DNA of 64,000 nt from Vicinamibacteria bacterium (GTDB lineage Bacteria > Acidobacteriota > Vicinamibacteria > Vicinamibacterales > JAENWD01), in NCBI GenBank assembly GCA_963764495.1, contig CAVXSR010000005.1:74206-138205 (forward strand). The letters are read 5' to 3'. Position 1 is the stretch's first letter. The number at the start of each line of letters is the position of its first letter. This document shows positions 59,332 through 64,000 of the stretch, in pieces. A model generated the notes under the pieces. The model was given only the letters and a program-made list of their open reading frames with translations. It had not been told where the DNA came from and ran no database searches. A program made the translations under genes and the position numbers.

Positions 59332-60471
59332 ATGGGTCCCTCGCCGGCCAGACGGCGTCTCCTCCCGCTCCCCGCGACGATCGCGACGCTGACGGTGCTG
59401 GGGCTGCTCCAATCGTGCGGCGGCGGCAATCCTGCCGGACCGACGCCACCCGGACCTGTTCCCTCGGTCGCGGTAGTGACTCCCAACAGCGGATCGACCC
59501 TTGGTGGCACCAAGGTCACCGTCACGGGCACGAATTTCGCCGCCGGTGTCAGCGTCACGTTTGGTGGCGTGGCGGCCACGTCGACGCAGATCGTCTCGTC
59601 GACGCAACTGACCACGATGACCGGCCAGCACGGATCGGGCGCCGTCGATGTCGTCGTGTCGCTCGGCACGCAGCGGGGGACGCTATCGAGCGCCTTCACC
59701 TACGTCGCACCATCGAAGACCCCGAACGAATCTCCGGTGGTTTCTTCTCTGAAGGCGCAGGGCAGCCGCGAGGACGAACCCGCGCAGTTCGCAGATCTGG
59801 GCGAGGAGATCTCAGTGACGGCAACGGTCACCGACGAGGAGTCGTCGCCCGACTCGCTGACCTATGAGTGGAGCGCGGATCTCGGCACGTTCACCGGCAC
59901 GGGACGGGCGGTCAAGTGGCGCGCGCCGACCACCGGCGCGACACCGGCCAAGGCCACGCTCACCCTGGTCGTGGTGGAGAAGTATCAGACGACAAATGAC
60001 AGCGGCCTGCCGGTGACCGCCGAGAATCGCGTTACCAAGAACGTGACGGTCAGCCTGCACGATTCCGTCAAGGAAGTCGGCGACATGGCGACCGAGTTCC
60101 TGACGAACTTCTCGAAGTCGGAAGTCTCGGTCGCGACCGTGATGAAGGACTTCACGCCCAGCTGCTCGGGCACGGAAGAGGAGCGCCACGACGTCGAGGA
60201 CAACCGGGCCGACTATGTCATCACGTCCTACAGCGTTGGGGCGCCGACGGTGCGCATTGATTTCGACGGCCGCTGTTCGTACCGCAATCGATCGGGCGAT
60301 GCCTGCTCCGATTCGCACGTCGAGTGGACGTCGAAGAGCAAGGACGACGACAGCACCGGCGTCGCCAAGGGCGTCGACCACATCGCCGCGGTCTACTCGT
60401 CCAACCGCTGGTGGCTGTGCAGCAGCGACTTCGAGGGCGCGAACACCATCGGTCCGCGTTTCATCCGGTAG
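59332..60471 (+). CDS. lipoprotein with N-terminal IPT/TIG domain, unknown function
   Basis: It has a lipobox (..LGLLQSCGG) and an IPT-like segment (VTPNSGSTLGGTKVTVTGTNFAAGVSVTFGG..). The C-terminal domain is Cys-containing and novel-looking. Confidence 0.6.
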   Translation: MGPSPARRRLLPLPATIATLTVLGLLQSCGGGNPAGPTPPGPVPSVAVVTPNSGSTLGGTKVTVTGTNFAAGVSVTFGGVAATSTQIVSSTQLTTMTGQHGSGAVDVVVSLGTQRGTLSSAFTYVAPSKTPNESPVVSSLKAQGSREDEPAQFADLGEEISVTATVTDEESSPDSLTYEWSADLGTFTGTGRAVKWRAPTTGATPAKATLTLVVVEKYQTTNDSGLPVTAENRVTKNVTVSLHDSVKEVGDMATEFLTNFSKSEVSVATVMKDFTPSCSGTEEERHDVEDNRADYVITSYSVGAPTVRIDFDGRCSYRNRSGDACSDSHVEWTSKSKDDDSTGVAKGVDHIAAVYSSNRWWLCSSDFEGANTIGPRFIR

Positions 60472-60473
60472 GC

Positions 60474-60522
60474 GGGGCCTGTCCCCACTGGCACAAAAGC
60501 GGTGCCAGTGGGGACAGGCCCC
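60474..60522. terminator. perfect 21 bp palindrome between convergent genes (bidirectional terminator candidate; family E repeat)
   Basis: The sequence is GGGGCCTGTCCCCACTGGCAC-aaaagcg-GTGCCAGTGGGGACAGGCCCC. It sits 2 nt after one stop codon and abuts the other. Confidence 0.6.
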
Positions 60523-61731
60523 TCATTTGGTCGGCGGAACCAGGACGTTGGCGACGATCAACCCGCCGGCCAGCGCGAACGCCATCAACGCCGCAATGAT
60601 CCCGGCCGACAGTCCTGTCGCCACGTCCTGGCTCAGGAGCATCGTCACGCTCCGATACCCGATGCTCCCGGGCACGAGCAGCAACACCCCCGGTACCAGC
60701 GGCACCGAGGCCGGGCCCAGCTTCAGGCGCTCGTAGACATTGCTCGCCAGGCCGACGGTCAAGGCGCCAATCGACGCGCCAAGCACTTGCCCCAATCGGT
60801 CGGCGCCGAGCGTGAACCCCAGGTACCCGAGCCAGCTGGCGGCCGCCACGAGCGGGATGTCACGCGGGCGGGCCCGCAGCAGGAGCGAGAAGCCGATCGG
60901 CGCGACCACGAGCGCCGCGAAATGCGTCCACGTCGGCAGATGACCCGACGCAGCCGACCGGATCGACGCGCCGTAGGCAGCCGACACCACCGTCGTGCCG
61001 AGCGCGACGCCGAAGGCCATGGCGGCAAACACGATGAACGCCGCCGCCAGACGGGCCGTCCCCGACGACAAGTGCCGGCTCGCGAGCTCCGTCATGCCGA
61101 CCGTCGTGGTCAGACCCGGGAGCAGCGTGATGATGCCGGCCAGCGTCGTCGTCGGAATCGACACGCGAAACCCCTGCGCCGCCGCAATCGAGACCAGCGC
61201 CGACGCCACGAACGCCGCGGTCAGCTCGAACACGTGCGACGTGATCGTCAGCCGCTTGAACGCGAGCGCCAGCAGGCCGATGATCAACCCGACCGCGCCG
61301 CCGAGCCCGACGTCGTTGAGGCCGCCGCCAAGAAAGCGGGCGCCGGCCGCCGACACGATGGCATACCCGAGGACGCGCAGCCACCAGGGATAAGTGGGCC
61401 CCTTGCCGAGAATCTGCTCGATGCGCAAGGAGCCGTCCTGCGGCGTCAGCTCGCCGGCCGAGACCCCCTTGGCCACGGCGTCCAGCGCCGACAGCCGTCC
61501 GAGGTTGAGCTCGCCGGGCTGCACCCGGATCAGGTGCGTGCGCTGCGCCTCCAACGTGCCGAACGACGCGATGATCGCCGTCGGCGTCGTGTAGAACTGC
61601 CCGATCAGCCCCAGCCGCTCGCATATGTGCTTGAGGACGTCTTCAAGGCTGTGCGCCGCGTAGCCGGAGGCATGGAGCGCATGGGCGAGCCGCAGCACGA
61701 ACAGCGACGCGTGTTGCTCCTCGGCAGGCAT
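60523..61731 (-). CDS. ThrE-family (YjjP/YjjB-fusion type) threonine/serine exporter-like membrane protein
   Basis: Its N-terminal region (..[21 protein letters not shown]..) is followed by about 10 TM helices. The ATG at MPAEEQ.. is preferred. Confidence 0.6.
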   Translation of the reverse strand: MPAEEQHASLFVLRLAHALHASGYAAHSLEDVLKHICERLGLIGQFYTTPTAIIASFGTLEAQRTHLIRVQPGELNLGRLSALDAVAKGVSAGELTPQDGSLRIEQILGKGPTYPWWLRVLGYAIVSAAGARFLGGGLNDVGLGGAVGLIIGLLALAFKRLTITSHVFELTAAFVASALVSIAAAQGFRVSIPTTTLAGIITLLPGLTTTVGMTELASRHLSSGTARLAAAFIVFAAMAFGVALGTTVVSAAYGASIRSAASGHLPTWTHFAALVVAPIGFSLLLRARPRDIPLVAAASWLGYLGFTLGADRLGQVLGASIGALTVGLASNVYERLKLGPASVPLVPGVLLLVPGSIGYRSVTMLLSQDVATGLSAGIIAALMAFALAGGLIVANVLVPPTK

Positions 61732-61823
61732 GCCAGAGGAGCATACTCCGGCCACCGGTCGCGCCCCTCGCCGAGACGAGATATGATCGAAGACTCGCCA
61801 TCATTTCTCGAGCCGCGACTGCG

Positions 61824-64000
61824 ATGCCAAACACCTTCAACACGCTCTCCACGTTCACGCTGGACGGTCAAACCATCGAGTACCACAGCCTGCCGGCGCT
61901 CGAGGCCCAGTGCCCGGACGTGGCGGCATTGCCGTATTCGCTGAAAATCCTGCTCGAGAACCTGCTGCGGCGGGAAGACAATGCGTTCGTGAAGGCGGAC
62001 GACATCAGCGCCCTCGCCGGCTGGTCGGCCGCGGCGTGGCGGCAGAAGGAAATCTCGTTCATGCCGGCACGCGTCCTGCTGCAGGACTTCACCGGCGTGC
62101 CCTGCGTCGTCGATCTCGCAGCGATGCGCGACGGCATGATCGCGCTCGGCGGCGATCCGGAGAAAGTCAATCCGCTGCAACCCGTGGAGCTCGTGATCGA
62201 TCACTCCGTGCAGGTGGATCATTTCGGGACCTCGAGTGCGTTCGCGCTCAACGCCGACCTCGAGTACCATCGCAATCGGGAGCGCTACGTGTTCCTGCGA
62301 TGGGGGCAGACCGCGTTTCGCAACTTCCGCGTCGTGCCGCCCGAAACCGGCATCGTCCATCAGGTCAACATCGAATACCTGGCGCGCGTGGTCTGCCGCG
62401 AGCCCCGGAACGGCCGCAGCCTCGCCTATCCCGACACGCTCTTCGGCACCGACTCGCATACGACGATGGTGAACGGCCTGGGCGTCGTCGGCTGGGGTGT
62501 CGGCGGCATCGAAGCGGAAGCCGCGATGCTCGGCCAGCCGAGCTCGATGCTGATTCCCCCGGTCGTGGGCTATCGGCTCCGCGGACAGTTGCCGGAAGGT
62601 GCGACCGCCACCGATCTCGTGCTGACCATTACCGAGGCGCTGCGCAGAAAGGGCGTGGTCGGAACGTTCGTCGAGTTCTACGGACCGGGCCTGGCGCACC
62701 TGACGATCGCGGACCGCGTGACGCTCGGCAACATGTGCCCGGAGTACGGCGCCACGGTGGCGATCTTCCCAATCGACGACATGACGCTCGAGTACCTGCG
62801 GCTGACCGGGCGCGACCCGTCGCAGGTGGCACTGGTCGAAGCCTACGCGAAGGCGCAGGGCCTCTTCCGCGTCGAGTCGACGCCGGACGCGAAATACGAC
62901 CAGACGCTCGAGCTCGATCTGTCCACAGTCGAGCCCAGTCTTGCCGGACCCCGACGGCCGCAGGATCGGGTGCCGCTGGCCAGGGCGAAGGCCTCGTTTG
63001 CGTCGGCGCTTGCGGACCTGCAGAAAGGCGTCAAGAAGGTGGCGGCTGGCGGCGGTGCGGCGGTGGCCACGGATACACAGCTGGAACACGGCTCGGTCGT
63101 CATCGCGGCGATCACGAGCTGCACCAATACGTCGAATCCCAGCGTGATGATTGGCGCGGGCCTCGTCGCCAAGAAGGCAATCGAGCGGGGGCTCACGCGA
63201 AAGCCGTGGGTGAAGACCAGCCTGGCGCCTGGCTCGAAGGTCGTCACCGAGTACCTCGCGAAGTCGGGCCTGCAGCCGTATCTCGACCAGCTTGGCTTCA
63301 ATCTCGTCGGCTACGGCTGCACGACGTGCATCGGCAACAGCGGCCCGCTGCCGGACGACATCGCCGCCGAAGTACGGGAGCACGGGCTGGTGGTCGCCGC
63401 CGTGCTCAGCGGCAACCGCAACTTCGAAGGGCGCATCCAGCAGGACGTTCGCGCCAACTATCTCGCGTCGCCCCCGCTGGTTGTCGCGTATGCGCTCGCC
63501 GGATCGATGAACGTCGACGTGACCAGGGAACCACTGGGCAGCGATGCGGACGGAAAGCCCGTGTACTTGCGCGACATCTGGCCAACCGAACGCGAAGTGC
63601 AGCAGTCGGTCCTGGCCGCGGTGAGCTCAGAGATGTTCCGCCAGCAGTATGCGAGCGTCTTCGAAGGGGACGATCGCTGGAAGACGCTGCCGGTTCCGAC
63701 AGGGGATCGGTTCGCGTGGGAAGGCGACTCGACGTACATCCGGCGTCCACCATTTCTCGAGAACGTCACGCGCGAGCCGAAGCCGCTCACTGACATCGTC
63801 AACGCGCGCGTGCTGGCGCTCCTTGGCGACAGCATCACGACCGATCACATTTCACCAGCGGGATCGATCAAGGTGGACAGCCCGGCCGGCCGCTATCTGA
63901 TCGAGCACGGCGTCCAGCCGAAGGACTTCAACTCCTACGGGGCGCGGCGCGGCAACCACGAGGTGATGATGCGCGGCACGTTCGCCAACGTCCGCCTGCG
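61824..64000 (+). CDS. acnA: aconitate hydratase A (5' part; runs off the window)
   Basis: It begins [26 protein letters not shown] and contains ..[26 protein letters not shown].., ..[10 protein letters not shown].. and ..[12 protein letters not shown].. . The frame stays open to the window end, and the ORF is not in the track because it has no stop. Confidence 0.92.
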   Translation, partial: MPNTFNTLSTFTLDGQTIEYHSLPALEAQCPDVAALPYSLKILLENLLRREDNAFVKADDISALAGWSAAAWRQKEISFMPARVLLQDFTGVPCVVDLAAMRDGMIALGGDPEKVNPLQPVELVIDHSVQVDHFGTSSAFALNADLEYHRNRERYVFLRWGQTAFRNFRVVPPETGIVHQVNIEYLARVVCREPRNGRSLAYPDTLFGTDSHTTMVNGLGVVGWGVGGIEAEAAMLGQPSSMLIPPVVGYRLRGQLPEGATATDLVLTITEALRRKGVVGTFVEFYGPGLAHLTIADRVTLGNMCPEYGATVAIFPIDDMTLEYLRLTGRDPSQVALVEAYAKAQGLFRVESTPDAKYDQTLELDLSTVEPSLAGPRRPQDRVPLARAKASFASALADLQKGVKKVAAGGGAAVATDTQLEHGSVVIAAITSCTNTSNPSVMIGAGLVAKKAIERGLTRKPWVKTSLAPGSKVVTEYLAKSGLQPYLDQLGFNLVGYGCTTCIGNSGPLPDDIAAEVREHGLVVAAVLSGNRNFEGRIQQDVRANYLASPPLVVAYALAGSMNVDVTREPLGSDADGKPVYLRDIWPTEREVQQSVLAAVSSEMFRQQYASVFEGDDRWKTLPVPTGDRFAWEGDSTYIRRPPFLENVTREPKPLTDIVNARVLALLGDSITTDHISPAGSIKVDSPAGRYLIEHGVQPKDFNSYGARRGNHEVMMRGTFANVRL

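Overview
This is a GC-rich bacterial chromosomal window. Gene content and protein sequences suggest an Acidobacteriota-like lineage, but that is inference only. I call about 60 protein genes, nearly all core housekeeping. In order they are:
- two large membrane (GT-C-like) proteins plus an outer-membrane barrel, an MdlA/MdlB-type ABC exporter pair, and PPK2
- a minus-strand run of zapB-like, zapA, a candidate 6S RNA, rny and thiL
- the classical tRNA-Val, thrS, infC, rpmI, rplT, pheS, pheT cluster
- hup, an EnvC-like/S41 pair, ruvX and mltG
- the chain nadK, tlyA, xseB, xseA, ymdB-like, hsp20
- a heat-shock block of dnaK, hsp20, groES and groEL
- rpoZ-like, gatCA, and AmmeMemoRadiSam proteins B and A
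- lpxD, two M16 peptidases and lpxB, followed by a secreted-protein/matrixin/OMP operon
- a divergent aspartate-family unit (hom-thrB-thrC opposite leader-asd-lysC), then a LysR regulator, a flavoprotein, a lipoprotein, a ThrE-type exporter and the 5' part of acnA.

I see no transposase, integrase, phage, CRISPR-cas or recognisable defence genes, so I cannot point to a new protein-encoded system. The unusual content is mostly non-protein:
1. There is a very dense, multi-family population of small palindromic repeats. The main family is REP/BIME-like hairpins with an invariant loop and covarying stems. Others are long hairpins whose arms are tandem 7-8 nt units. One ~52 nt element is inserted twice into the loop of another repeat. 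These repeats supply stop codons and C-terminal residues to several genes and sit in-frame inside CDSs, including pheS.
2. A classical Thr/Ile leader-peptide attenuator sits in front of asd-lysC.
3. A 6S-RNA-like structure lies downstream of zapA.
4. Five otherwise conserved genes are each broken by a single extra base. This is either assembly error or pseudogenisation.
5. infC has a non-AUG start and no in-frame stop before rpmI.
6. The S41 protease homologue appears to lack its Ser/Lys dyad and sits next to a degenerate LytM (EnvC-like) protein.

All function calls come from reading the translations. No database search was run.
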